Assembly: GCA_964646045.1 (NCBI GenBank)
Contig: CAZYAW010000164.1
Coordinates: forward strand, 1-10,267
DNA length: 10,267 nt
Origin: an uncultured Victivallales bacterium
GTDB lineage: Bacteria; Verrucomicrobiota; Kiritimatiellia; UBA8416; SLMC01
Reading direction: 5' to 3'
This document shows, in pieces, positions 1 to 7,502 of the stretch. Position 1 is the first letter of the stretch; each line of letters starts with the position of its first letter. Position numbers and translations under genes: made by a program. Under the pieces are notes generated by a model that did no database searches, was not told where the DNA came from, and saw only the letters and a list, made by a program, of their open reading frames with translations.

Positions 1-214
1 CCGAGGCCGCGTACTGCGGCAATATGGTCTTCAGCGCGCGGCGGCCGCCCAATGTCGTGTGCTCGGCCTCGTACACCTCGCCCATGCCGCCGCGGCCCAG
101 GGGGCGTATGATCTTGTACTGGCCCAGGGTTTGACCGGCAGACAGCGTGTAGCCGCCGGACTGGGCTGCGCCGGTTATAGTTCGGTCGGTGCCTATGGAG
201 TTTTCGGTTGTCAT
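1..214 (-). CDS. Ser/Thr protein kinase, N-terminal part (gene continues beyond the left window edge)
   Basis: The minus-strand translation from the ATG at 214..212 reads [71 protein letters not shown]. This contains a Hanks-kinase glycine loop ([10 protein letters not shown]) and the invariant subdomain-II lysine (ALK). There is an in-frame stop upstream at 250..248 and no stop before the window edge. It is not in the ORF table because it is open-ended. There is no clear SD. Confidence 0.7.
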   Translation of the reverse strand, partial: MTTENSIGTDRTITGAAQSGGYTLSAGQTLGQYKIIRPLGRGGMGEVYEAEHTTLGGRRALKTILPQYAAS

Positions 215-350
215 GGGTTTGGAAAGTATAGGGTTTTTGCGGGGTTGTCAGGTGAAAACTGAACAGTTGCGGATTTTGGCGCCGCCCGCCGGTCTGCTCC
301 GGCTGCGATCAGCGCCGGGACAGGCCGGGCGGGATCGCCGCCCTGTCCTG

Positions 351-1202
351 TCAGCCTCTGGCCGCGATGCGTTCACAGGCCCAGTAGCTGTAGCCGCCGC
401 AAATCGACAGCGCCGCCAGGAGTTTGACCGCCCCGAACAAGCCGTCGAGATCGAAGCTCCAGAACGCCATGGCCAAAGCCAGCCCCAGAACGGTATGGCC
501 GAACACCAGCAGAAAGCTCGCCAAGTTGCTTTTTTTGCCGACGGCCTTGTGCGTGGCGGCGGCCGACACCCAGGGCAGCAGCGCCACGAACGCCAGCCAG
601 AGAACCAGTCGCGTCCAGCCGCTCATGCCGCGCATGCGCATGGCGGCCCTTGCGGCGGGACCGGGTCGCCAGTCGCGCTCGAAGGTTCCGGACACCAGCG
701 TCTCGCCGGCCCGGGCATCGAAGACATGCAGCCGCAGCGCGGCGGTCGCGCCGACATCCGTCTGTTCCACCTTGAGGGTTTCGCCGGCCACAACGGCGTC
801 GATGCCCACGCGGCGGCCCGCATTCACGACTTCGTCGAGGCCGGTGGCGTTGAGCACGCTGCGGGCGACATCGGCCAGAAACCGCTGGATCGGCGACTCG
901 TCGAGCGCCGTCCAGTTCTTGCGGCTCGCGATGAACTCGCGCGTTATCTGCGTGACCTGGTCTCCGGAGTCCCCGACGAAGCGCGCCACTCCGAAACGCG
1001 TGGGCCGCTCGCCGATGCGCTCGACGACAGGGGCGAAGGCCGTCTCGACGGCGGCCAGCACGGCCCTGCGCTCGCTTTCGGAATAGACCCGGGGTCGCGG
1101 CCGGCTGAACACCCAGACCTGCCAGACCACGAACGCCACCAGTAAAACAAAAAATATACGGGCGGGCAGCAGCAGCGCTCTGGTCACGGACGGCAGTCTC
1201 AT
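351..1202 (-). CDS. Integral membrane protein of unknown function (N-terminal TM helix plus a C-terminal cluster of 2-3 TM helices)
   Basis: 283-aa ORF with hydrophobic segments (IFFVLLVAFVVWQVWVF; LVLWLAFVALLPWV; LLVFGHTVLGLALAMAFW; LLAALSICGGY). An SD-like AAAGGA lies ~9 nt upstream of the ATG at 1202 on the minus strand. The opposite-strand ORF 189..1145 is R/A/G/P low-complexity. It sits upstream of, and co-oriented with, the kinase at 214..1. Confidence 0.6.
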   Translation of the reverse strand: MRLPSVTRALLLPARIFFVLLVAFVVWQVWVFSRPRPRVYSESERRAVLAAVETAFAPVVERIGERPTRFGVARFVGDSGDQVTQITREFIASRKNWTALDESPIQRFLADVARSVLNATGLDEVVNAGRRVGIDAVVAGETLKVEQTDVGATAALRLHVFDARAGETLVSGTFERDWRPGPAARAAMRMRGMSGWTRLVLWLAFVALLPWVSAAATHKAVGKKSNLASFLLVFGHTVLGLALAMAFWSFDLDGLFGAVKLLAALSICGGYSYWACERIAARG

Positions 1203-1346
1203 GGCGAATTATCCTTTCCGGTGAAGAATTTCAATTGATTTTGCCGGCCTCGCGCCGGCTCTACGACATCCGGCCGATTCCGTTGTCTCGAACCATGTAT
1301 AAGCAAAAGCAAAAATAAGTAAACAGAAAAAAACAAAAAATAATTG

Positions 1347-1375
1347 TTGACACTTCTGATGGCCAGACGTAACTT
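1347..1375 (+). promoter_or_regulatory. Candidate sigma70-type promoter (-35 TTGACA, 17-nt spacer, -10 TAACTT) inside an AT-rich divergent intergenic island
   Basis: TTGACA at 1347-1352, then 17 nt, then TAACTT at 1370-1375. The surrounding 1203-1345 region is strikingly AT-rich for this DNA (aaaaataagtaaacagaaaaaaacaaaaaataatt). It lies between the divergently oriented genes starting at 1202 (minus) and 1443 (plus). Confidence 0.35.
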
Positions 1376-1442
1376 GCTGTTTCTTTGGCGGGAATACCGC
1401 CGCGCGGCGGATATCGGAGGCCGACAGGCCGGGAACCATGCT

Positions 1443-1787
1443 ATGAGCGCGAACAGCGACAAAAAGGAATTTCTTTCGGTGGACGAGGTCGCCAGGCTTC
1501 TCGGGGTGACGTATCATCTCATTTACCGCCTGGTGCGCGAGGGCGAGATACCGGCCTCGCGCATCGGCAAGGTGTACCGGGTGCGCCAGGCCGATCTCGA
1601 CGCGTATCTGGAGCGGTCCAAAACCGACGCGCCGCAGGGAACCGACTGCGCGGTGTGCGGCAAGACGTATGCCAGCCGGTTTTCGATCAAGGGCCAGTGC
1701 GAGGAATGCGAGGCTCCGATTTGCACGGACTGCTGGACGCGCAAGGGCGTACGGCGCTGTCCGGAACATGCGAAGCGGCAGGGATGA
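1443..1787 (+). CDS. Excisionase/MerR-type helix-turn-helix DNA-binding protein with a C-terminal Cys-rich (zinc-ribbon-like) domain; probable regulator, first gene of the cluster
   Basis: MSANSDKKEFLSVDEVARLLGVTYHLIYRLVREGEIPASRIGKVYRVRQADLDAYL matches the excisionase-family HTH pattern. It is followed by CAVCGK...CEECEAPICTDCW...RCPEH (Cys pairs). I prefer the ATG at 1443: the in-frame Met at 1344 falls inside the predicted promoter, so the listed ORF 1344..1787 is trimmed. The start is uncertain because GGAGG sits 22 nt upstream. Confidence 0.65.
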   Translation: MSANSDKKEFLSVDEVARLLGVTYHLIYRLVREGEIPASRIGKVYRVRQADLDAYLERSKTDAPQGTDCAVCGKTYASRFSIKGQCEECEAPICTDCWTRKGVRRCPEHAKRQG

Positions 1788-1807
1788 GGATGCGGGGACG
1801 ATAAACG

Positions 1808-1828
1808 TTGCCGGCGGGCTGCCGGCAA
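1808..1828. other. 8-bp perfect hairpin (ttgccggc / gggct / gccggcaa) in the 58-nt spacer between gene 1 and gene 2
   Basis: Inverted repeat read directly. No U-run follows it. It ends 5 nt before the GGAGG SD of the next gene. Confidence 0.25.
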
Positions 1829-1844
1829 GAGACGGAGGTGAGCG

Positions 1845-3509
1845 ATGGGAATTTTTTCCGACAAGTGTCAGGCCCTGATCGACGGGGAAAGCGGACGCGC
1901 GCTGACGGGGGAGGCTTTGGCCAAAGCCCGGCAGGAGCGCAAGTGGCCGCGCTGCGGAAACCGGGTGCCCAGGGCGGCGCGGTTCTGCAACGCCTGCGGA
2001 CAGGCGGCGCCGGGCGGCTGGTGGCAGTGTCCGGCCTGCGGCAAGTGGGTGGGCAACGATTCCCGGTTCTGCGCACACTGCGATACGCCGCTGCAGCCCG
2101 AGTCCCGGGTCGACATGGCGGGCGGGGTCTGGCGCAAGGGGCCGGAGACGCTGGCGCAGCGCTTCGAGGCGGGCGATGTGAAGCGGCTGCTGAAGAACGG
2201 GCTGCAGGTTCAGCCGGGCACGGTCGCGGTTTTGCTCGAGGCCGGCAAGGTCGGCGACACGCTGGGCCCGGGCCGTCACGAGCCCGACGGACTGGCGCGC
2301 AAGATCAACTGGTTCGGCAATCCGCCGCCGCGCTCGGTGGTGCTGGTGGAGGCCGGCGACATTGTGCTGCCGGTGCGCGTCGAGGAACTGCGTTCGGCCG
2401 AGCAGATTCCGCTGGAGTTCTACGGCGAGATCGTCCTGCGGTTCGAGCCCAGGCTGGCCGGGGATTTTCTGGAGAATCTGTTCAAGGGCGCCGAGGCGCT
2501 GTCCTACGCCGAACTCGGCGAACGGCTGGGCGGGGAGATCCGCCACGCCGTGGACGAGATGTGCGTGGCCTCGACGATCGACGACCTCGTGCGCGACCCC
2601 AAACGGAGACTGCGGCTCGAGGACGTGATCGAAGGCTCGCTCAAACCGGGGCTCGAACGCTGCGGTTTCAGCCTGGTTCGCGTTTCGCAGGCCGAGTTTC
2701 TGGGCGACGCCTACGACGCGCTGGCCGAAAAAAGCGGCGAGGTCGAGCAGGTCCGCCGCCGCATCGAACTCGATCAGCGGCTGGCCGAGATGCTCGACAA
2801 GGAGAAGATGGGCCGGTTCAAGAGCGAGGCCGAGATCGAGGAATACGCCGCCCAGCTCGCGCAGGAGCGCGGCGTGTCCGAACTGCACCGCGGACGCGAG
2901 ATCGAAATCCTGAAAACGGGCTGGCGGCGGCAGGACCAGCTCGACGAGGCGCGGCGCCTGATGACGCGGGAACGCGACGAGACCGGCCACAAGATCGGCA
3001 TCGCCTCCGAATGGGACGGCTACAACCGCGACAAGCTGGTCGCCGACGCCGACGCCAAGGCCCGGGCCCGCGACAAGGAATTCGAACAGGAGGCCCGCGA
3101 GACCGACAAGGCCCTGGAGTGGCGCAAGGAAAAGAACCGCATCCGTCAGCAGGATCTGGCCGCCACGGCCGACACTCTCAAGGGCCGCAGCCTGCAGGAC
3201 CTGATGGCTCTGATCGACGATCCCGACAAGCGCAGGGACCTGCTGGCGTTCCGGGAGCAGGAGATCAAGAGCGGCATGAGCGAGAGGCAGATACTGGCCA
3301 TGGCCGTCGAGAAGAGTCCGGCGGCCGCCGAGGCGCTGGCCCGCATGGCCGGCAGCGAGCAAGTCAATGCGGAGGCCCGTGTCGAGGAATCCCGCAAGCT
3401 GATGAAAGACATGCTCGACCGCGACGAACGCATCCTCAAGACGGCGCTGGAACCCGGCGTGGAGGCCGCCAGGAACAAAACCGGCAGCACCCACCAGATT
3501 ATCAAGTAG
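1845..3509 (+). CDS. Double zinc-ribbon + SPFH/Band-7 (Band_7_1-type) domain protein with a long C-terminal coiled-coil (flotillin-like)
   Basis: GGAGG sits 6 nt upstream of the ATG. The N-terminus has CPRCGN..FCNACG and CPACGK..FCAHCD zinc ribbons. The segment GDVKRLLKNGLQVQPGTVAVLLEAGKVGDTLGPGRHEPDGL...NWFGNPP...EFYGEIVLRF fits the SPFH Band_7_1 / COG4260 'virion-core-like' pattern. The C-terminal ~250 aa are E/R/K/A/D-rich heptad-like. The antisense 871-aa ORF is low-complexity. Confidence 0.8.
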   Translation: MGIFSDKCQALIDGESGRALTGEALAKARQERKWPRCGNRVPRAARFCNACGQAAPGGWWQCPACGKWVGNDSRFCAHCDTPLQPESRVDMAGGVWRKGPETLAQRFEAGDVKRLLKNGLQVQPGTVAVLLEAGKVGDTLGPGRHEPDGLARKINWFGNPPPRSVVLVEAGDIVLPVRVEELRSAEQIPLEFYGEIVLRFEPRLAGDFLENLFKGAEALSYAELGERLGGEIRHAVDEMCVASTIDDLVRDPKRRLRLEDVIEGSLKPGLERCGFSLVRVSQAEFLGDAYDALAEKSGEVEQVRRRIELDQRLAEMLDKEKMGRFKSEAEIEEYAAQLAQERGVSELHRGREIEILKTGWRRQDQLDEARRLMTRERDETGHKIGIASEWDGYNRDKLVADADAKARARDKEFEQEARETDKALEWRKEKNRIRQQDLAATADTLKGRSLQDLMALIDDPDKRRDLLAFREQEIKSGMSERQILAMAVEKSPAAAEALARMAGSEQVNAEARVEESRKLMKDMLDRDERILKTALEPGVEAARNKTGSTHQIIK

Positions 3510-3528
3510 AAGAGCGGAGACCGTTTCG

Positions 3529-5118
3529 ATGCCGGAAAAGACCAGATGTCCGAACTGCGACAGGCTGACGGAGCCGGGCCGCTTCTGCGCTCGGTGCGGC
3601 GGCGACCTGGGCGCCCCGGCCAGGACCGCGGCGCCGTCCGCCTTGCCGGTTGCGCCCCGCGACACGGTCCCGAAGCGCGAGATCGCGCCGGTCGAGTCCC
3701 CGGCCGATTCGCGGGACGCGAGCCGGCCGCGACCCTGGAGCCGCGCGACGGGCGGTTCCGACATTGCGCGTGCCGCCCAAGCCACGACGCCGGAAGCCCC
3801 GGCCGAACGGACGCGCCCCGCCACGGTAGTCTCCTACTGCAACGATCTCAAGATCGAATGCGATATGGCCCAGATTTTCGTGGCCGACATCAACATGCCG
3901 TTTTTTTTCAGGATCACGCCTCTGGCGGACGGCGTCGAGAAGCCGGTCGTCGAGGTGCGCTGCGACGCCGACAACTGGAGCCATCTCAAGGAGCTGACCA
4001 GAAAGCTGCGCAAGAACCGGTCCGTCGAGCACAGCGTCAACTACCGCCCGGGCCGCGAATCCGGGGGCGTCGTATCCTTCGACATCTACATCGCCTACCT
4101 CAAGGACGGCAAAAGACAGGCTTTCGAGGCCGACGTCCGGCACAAGGTCTATCCGAGCAACAGCAACGCGCGCCAGGTAGTCGACAACATCATTGTCAAC
4201 ATCAGCACCGAGATCAAGACCGGTCACGCCGCCGACATCAATCTGCGCAACGGGCTCGACGAACTCGCCTCCATTCGCGACCGGACCGGAGCCGACGACA
4301 CCCTGCAAAGCCTGATCGACCGCATTTCCTCGATGCCTCGGGCTCTGTCCATACTGCAAATGTATCCCTCCGACTGGCGTTCCGACGAACAACCCGGCGG
4401 GCATCGCGACGCCTGCACGCCCGAGGACGCCCGGCTCGACCGCCTCACGCTGCGGACCGGGGATACGCGGGTGCATCTCTACGCCGTCGAAAGTCTCGCC
4501 GCCGGCAAGCGCCGCGACAACGACCTGGTTACGCGCAACTTCAACCGGGCCGGCAGGGCGACAAGGGAAATCAACGACAAGATCAGCCGCTACCACGCCC
4601 GCTTCGAGCTGCACGACGACCGCTGTTTCGTCGAGGACGGCGGGTTCGACCCGGAGAAGGGAGCCCGCCGTGAATCGGCCAATGGCACCTGGCTTGGCGG
4701 GCGCCGTCTGCCGCCGCTGGGTTCGGCCGAGCTGCCGCCCGGAACCTCGACGCCGGTGTCGCTGGCCGGCGAGGACGTCGGCGCCTTCGCGGCCTTCGCC
4801 TTGAAAGCCACTCCCGCGCTCTGCGCCGCGCCGATCCCGCGCGCCTGCGGCATGTCCGACAACTGCCGACCCGGCACGCTGGCCGCCGTATTTCTGGAAA
4901 GACAGGGCGGCGACGCTCCCGAATCCTACGTCATGCTGGTGCGCTGCGCCGAGCTTGGCCGGCTCTCGCCGGATCTGGCGGGCCTGAAGGTCTGGCGACG
5001 CGGCGACGGAGTCAGGTTCTCGGCCGGAAACCGAAACGACTGGCTGATTCCGGGCGACAGCTTCGGGCTGAACGGCAAAACCGTGTTCGTGGAGCGATTC
5101 CGTCAGTGGGGACTGTAA
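3529..5118 (+). CDS. Zinc-ribbon + Pro-rich linker + domain of unknown function + FHA (forkhead-associated, phospho-Thr-binding) domain protein
   Basis: The N-terminus has CPNCDRLTEPGRFCARCG. The FHA signature is RNFNRAGRATREINDKISRYHARFEL...ESANGTWLGGRRL (G-R...S..H...NGT). The start is 20 nt after the previous stop and is preceded by AGCGGAGA. Residues ~100-330 have no family I recognise. Confidence 0.8.
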   Translation: MPEKTRCPNCDRLTEPGRFCARCGGDLGAPARTAAPSALPVAPRDTVPKREIAPVESPADSRDASRPRPWSRATGGSDIARAAQATTPEAPAERTRPATVVSYCNDLKIECDMAQIFVADINMPFFFRITPLADGVEKPVVEVRCDADNWSHLKELTRKLRKNRSVEHSVNYRPGRESGGVVSFDIYIAYLKDGKRQAFEADVRHKVYPSNSNARQVVDNIIVNISTEIKTGHAADINLRNGLDELASIRDRTGADDTLQSLIDRISSMPRALSILQMYPSDWRSDEQPGGHRDACTPEDARLDRLTLRTGDTRVHLYAVESLAAGKRRDNDLVTRNFNRAGRATREINDKISRYHARFELHDDRCFVEDGGFDPEKGARRESANGTWLGGRRLPPLGSAELPPGTSTPVSLAGEDVGAFAAFALKATPALCAAPIPRACGMSDNCRPGTLAAVFLERQGGDAPESYVMLVRCAELGRLSPDLAGLKVWRRGDGVRFSAGNRNDWLIPGDSFGLNGKTVFVERFRQWGL

Positions 5119-5169
5119 ACGAAAGCGCAAGATCTGGGAAAACAGGGCATACGGAAAGGGGAACCCGAC

Positions 5170-5946
5170 ATGAGAACGAAGAAACAGGGACAATGGCTGT
5201 GGGCGCGGGCGGGCATGGTGGCGGCGGCGATGCTGACGCAGGGCTGCGGGACCGCGGCGGTGATGCGACCGGCCGACCGGACCGCCGATTCCGAGTCCGT
5301 CGCCGCGACAACGGCCGAGGAGCACGCCAGGCTGCTGAACCTGCGCATCGACGCCCGGGGTTCGGGCGCGCACGACAAGACCGTGGCCGGGCTCGTCGGG
5401 CGAAGCGTCTCCGGCAGTCTCCTGCGGCAGGGCTACCGCATGGAGGACGGAACCGCCGACGTGCTGGTCAGCCTGACGGCCGAGGCCAAGGTCTTCGACA
5501 AGAGCGGCAACTACTACCGGCACGACGGCACGCTCGACGCCGAAGTCAGCCTGCCGCCGGCCCGGCGCAAGATCGGCCGACAGAGCTTCACCGCCCGCGG
5601 CGACCGCAAGCTGGGCGAAACCGAAAGCCTTCGGGACCTCGCCGCCAGGCTTGCCGAACCCGCCGAAGAATGGGTTCGGACCCTGGCCGGGCCGCTGGGC
5701 TCCGAACTGGCCGTCAACGATGTCGTCGTCCGGCGCTCCAGGCTGAACGCCGTGAAAACCCCGGATTCCCGCTATGCCGAGCGTTTCGTCAAGCGCGTAT
5801 CCGAACTCGACGGCGTTATCTCCTGCGAACTGGTCGGCCAGGACCGCGTCGCCCATGGCATGACTTTCAGAATCGTTTACTACAGGCAGAAGTTCCCCGC
5901 CGGCATGCTCAACCGGCTGGCCAACATGAGCGGGCTCGAGCTGTAG
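5170..5946 (+). CDS. Putative lipoprotein of unknown function
   Basis: The signal peptide MRTKKQGQWLWARAGMVAAAMLTQGC ends in a lipobox-like LTQGC. The SD AAAGGGGA sits ~8 nt upstream of the start. Confidence 0.6.
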   Translation: MRTKKQGQWLWARAGMVAAAMLTQGCGTAAVMRPADRTADSESVAATTAEEHARLLNLRIDARGSGAHDKTVAGLVGRSVSGSLLRQGYRMEDGTADVLVSLTAEAKVFDKSGNYYRHDGTLDAEVSLPPARRKIGRQSFTARGDRKLGETESLRDLAARLAEPAEEWVRTLAGPLGSELAVNDVVVRRSRLNAVKTPDSRYAERFVKRVSELDGVISCELVGQDRVAHGMTFRIVYYRQKFPAGMLNRLANMSGLEL

Positions 5947-6028
5947 CCGCGGAGAAGGGGCGCGAAGGGCGGGACAAGGGAGACGCGATACGCAACCGGG
6001 AAAATATCAACACGGAAGGAAAACTACC

Positions 6029-7117
6029 ATGAAAAGACGGGAAACGATCAATATCGGGTGGATGGCGGCCGCGGCGGCTCTGGTTTTCATGCAGCCCGCG
6101 CGGGGATCGGCCGACGAACTGCGCCAGGCCGTCCGCATGGCGGTCGAGGACGCGCGCGACAGCCTCGCCAAAAGCGGACTGCCGCGCGACCGGGGCCTGG
6201 CCGTTCTGCCTTTGACCGGCGACCGGGACCGCTATGTCGAGGGCCTGCTCAAAACCGCGGTCACCGACGCCGGGCTCAAGCATGTCGAGGGCGGCCGCTC
6301 GCCGTTCTGGGACGAAATACTCCGTGAAGTCGAGTGGGCCGAGCGCAAGGAGGACATGCTGGCCCCCGAGACCGCCGCAAAGTTCGGCAAACTGGAAGGC
6401 GTGCGCATGCTGCTCTACGGCACGCTGCGTTCCGCGCGCCGCGAGACCCACCGGGTCTTCGTCGAGATCGAGCTGCACGTCAGCGACATCGAGACCGGCC
6501 GCCACCTCTGGGGAACCGCGGTCAGCCGCCGGTTCTACCTGCCCGGCGCCGTGCAGGGCATTGTCGATCTCGACACCGACGCCCGCAACGCCATCGACCG
6601 CACCATCGAGAAGGGGCTGGAGTCCCTGAAGGGCAGCGACAAGCTCGGCGAAATTCGGACTGTGGCGATGGTTCCGCTGGCCGGCGACATCGACAGCTAC
6701 GTCGGCGGGCGCGTGCAGGACATGGTCTCGCGGACTCGGCTGAACCCCAAGAACCTCGACCTGCCGACTCTCGGCGAGGCCCGTCAGCTCATGCGCGACC
6801 GGCCCGAACAGGCCGACGCCGTGCTCTACGGCGCATTGCGCGACCTCTCGCGCCGTCTGGTGCGCGAGGAAACCATGCGTACCACGCACGAGGTCTCGGC
6901 GGAAATCCAGCTTGTCATCCAGTCCGCCTCTACAGGGGAAGTGCTCTGGAGCGACACGCTGCGTCATGTCGAGGAGGTCACGCCCGCGAAACCCGGCGAG
7001 GAGGCCGTGGTCGAGCTGACCCGCAGGTATCCGCGTCTCTGGCTGTATCTCGGCGGCGGCCTCCTGGGGCTGATCGTTCTGAGCATAATCGTCAAGAAGG
7101 CTACGCGGGTAAGGTAG
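6029..7117 (+). CDS. Secreted protein with two tandem CsgG/LpoB/TolB-N-like domains and a C-terminal TM anchor
   Basis: It has a signal peptide (MKRRETINIGWMAAAAALVFMQPARGSA). There is an internal duplication: LAVLPLTGDRDRYVEGLL...LLYGTL...VFVEIELHVSDIETGRHLWG versus VAMVPLAGDIDSYVGGRV...VLYGAL...VSAEIQLVIQSASTGEVLWS. The C-terminus is hydrophobic (LWLYLGGGLLGLIVLSIIV KKATRVR). The SD GGAAGGAAAA is present. Confidence 0.7.
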   Translation: MKRRETINIGWMAAAAALVFMQPARGSADELRQAVRMAVEDARDSLAKSGLPRDRGLAVLPLTGDRDRYVEGLLKTAVTDAGLKHVEGGRSPFWDEILREVEWAERKEDMLAPETAAKFGKLEGVRMLLYGTLRSARRETHRVFVEIELHVSDIETGRHLWGTAVSRRFYLPGAVQGIVDLDTDARNAIDRTIEKGLESLKGSDKLGEIRTVAMVPLAGDIDSYVGGRVQDMVSRTRLNPKNLDLPTLGEARQLMRDRPEQADAVLYGALRDLSRRLVREETMRTTHEVSAEIQLVIQSASTGEVLWSDTLRHVEEVTPAKPGEEAVVELTRRYPRLWLYLGGGLLGLIVLSIIVKKATRVR

Positions 7118-7337
7118 GCGGGGGGCCGCTTGCCGATCTTGTTTCGGCGGATGCCGGCGTCGCGGAGCGCCCCGTCCGGGACGTTCGCCGCGATTTTGCG
7201 CGACTACCGGCCCCGGCGGGGCTCCGCGTCTTTGCCCCGCCCGACAATGCGGACGGGGACGGGACAACCGGGCTGGGCTTGCGTGTTCCGCTCCGCCGAC
7301 AGCCCCATGCCGCCGACGCTCCGGGAATCCGCTTCTC

Positions 7338-7351
7338 AGCGCGCAAGCGCT
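7338..7351. other. Small GC hairpin with a GCAA (GNRA) loop abutting the distal end of the TR
   Basis: agcgc-gcaa-gcgct read directly. It lies immediately beyond the last TR/VR-homologous base on the TR-sense strand. Confidence 0.25.
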
Positions 7352-7495
7352 CAGCGAGACAACACCAAACGAAACCCGTTGTTGTTGTTACGATTCGACG
7401 GATTGTTGTCGTTGCGGTTCGAACAACGCAGGTTGTCCTGATTGTTGTTGTTCCAGGACGCGCCGCGCCACGCGCCGAACGACCCGCCGAACGTT
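7350..7495 (-). repeat. DGR template repeat (TR), non-coding, 146 bp
   Basis: It is collinear with 9007-9152 at an offset of +1657. The sense (minus) strand reads ...TCC TGG AAC AAC AAC AAT CAG GAC AAC CTG CGT TGT TCG AAC CGC AAC GAC AAC AAT CCG TCG AAT CGT AAC AAC AAC AAC GGG TTT.... All 25 mismatches to the VR lie at TR adenines. It is not within any plausible ORF. It begins 8 nt after the RT stop codon. Confidence 0.85.
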
Positions 7496-7502
7496 CGCCC
7501 GG

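Noticed and set aside
189-1145. 318-aa plus-strand ORF
   Set aside because: It is antisense to the membrane-protein gene. Its translation is R/Q/A/G/H-rich with no hydrophobic core or motif.
1344-1442. Upstream Met (1344) as start of the HTH gene
   Set aside because: It would place the N-terminus over the predicted -35/-10 promoter. The conserved HTH begins after the Met at 1443.
1808-3568. 586-aa plus-strand ORF in an alternative frame of the SPFH gene (extremely R/G-rich)
   Set aside because: It is an overlapping frame of a real gene. It is pure Arg/Gly/Ala low-complexity with no motifs.
1209-3824. 871-aa minus-strand ORF spanning the HTH and SPFH genes
   Set aside because: Its translation is A/G/R/L/P low-complexity with no recognisable domain. 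The opposite-strand genes have SD sequences, Zn-ribbon and SPFH motifs and sensible spacing. This is a typical antisense open frame in high-GC DNA.
3502-5856. 784-aa minus-strand ORF antisense to the FHA and lipoprotein genes
   Set aside because: The sequence is G/A/R/V-rich and featureless. The plus-strand genes have an FHA signature, a lipobox and RBSs.
5909-7267. 452-aa minus-strand ORF antisense to the tandem-domain gene
   Set aside because: It is R/G/A/P-rich low-complexity. The plus-strand protein has a signal peptide, an internal duplication and a C-terminal TM.
7379-7452. (GTT)n-like short tandem triplets (ttgttgttgtt, attgttgttgtt) that could be called a microsatellite
   Set aside because: They are the complement of the AAC codon runs of the DGR template repeat. 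This is a functional design feature, not a slippage repeat.
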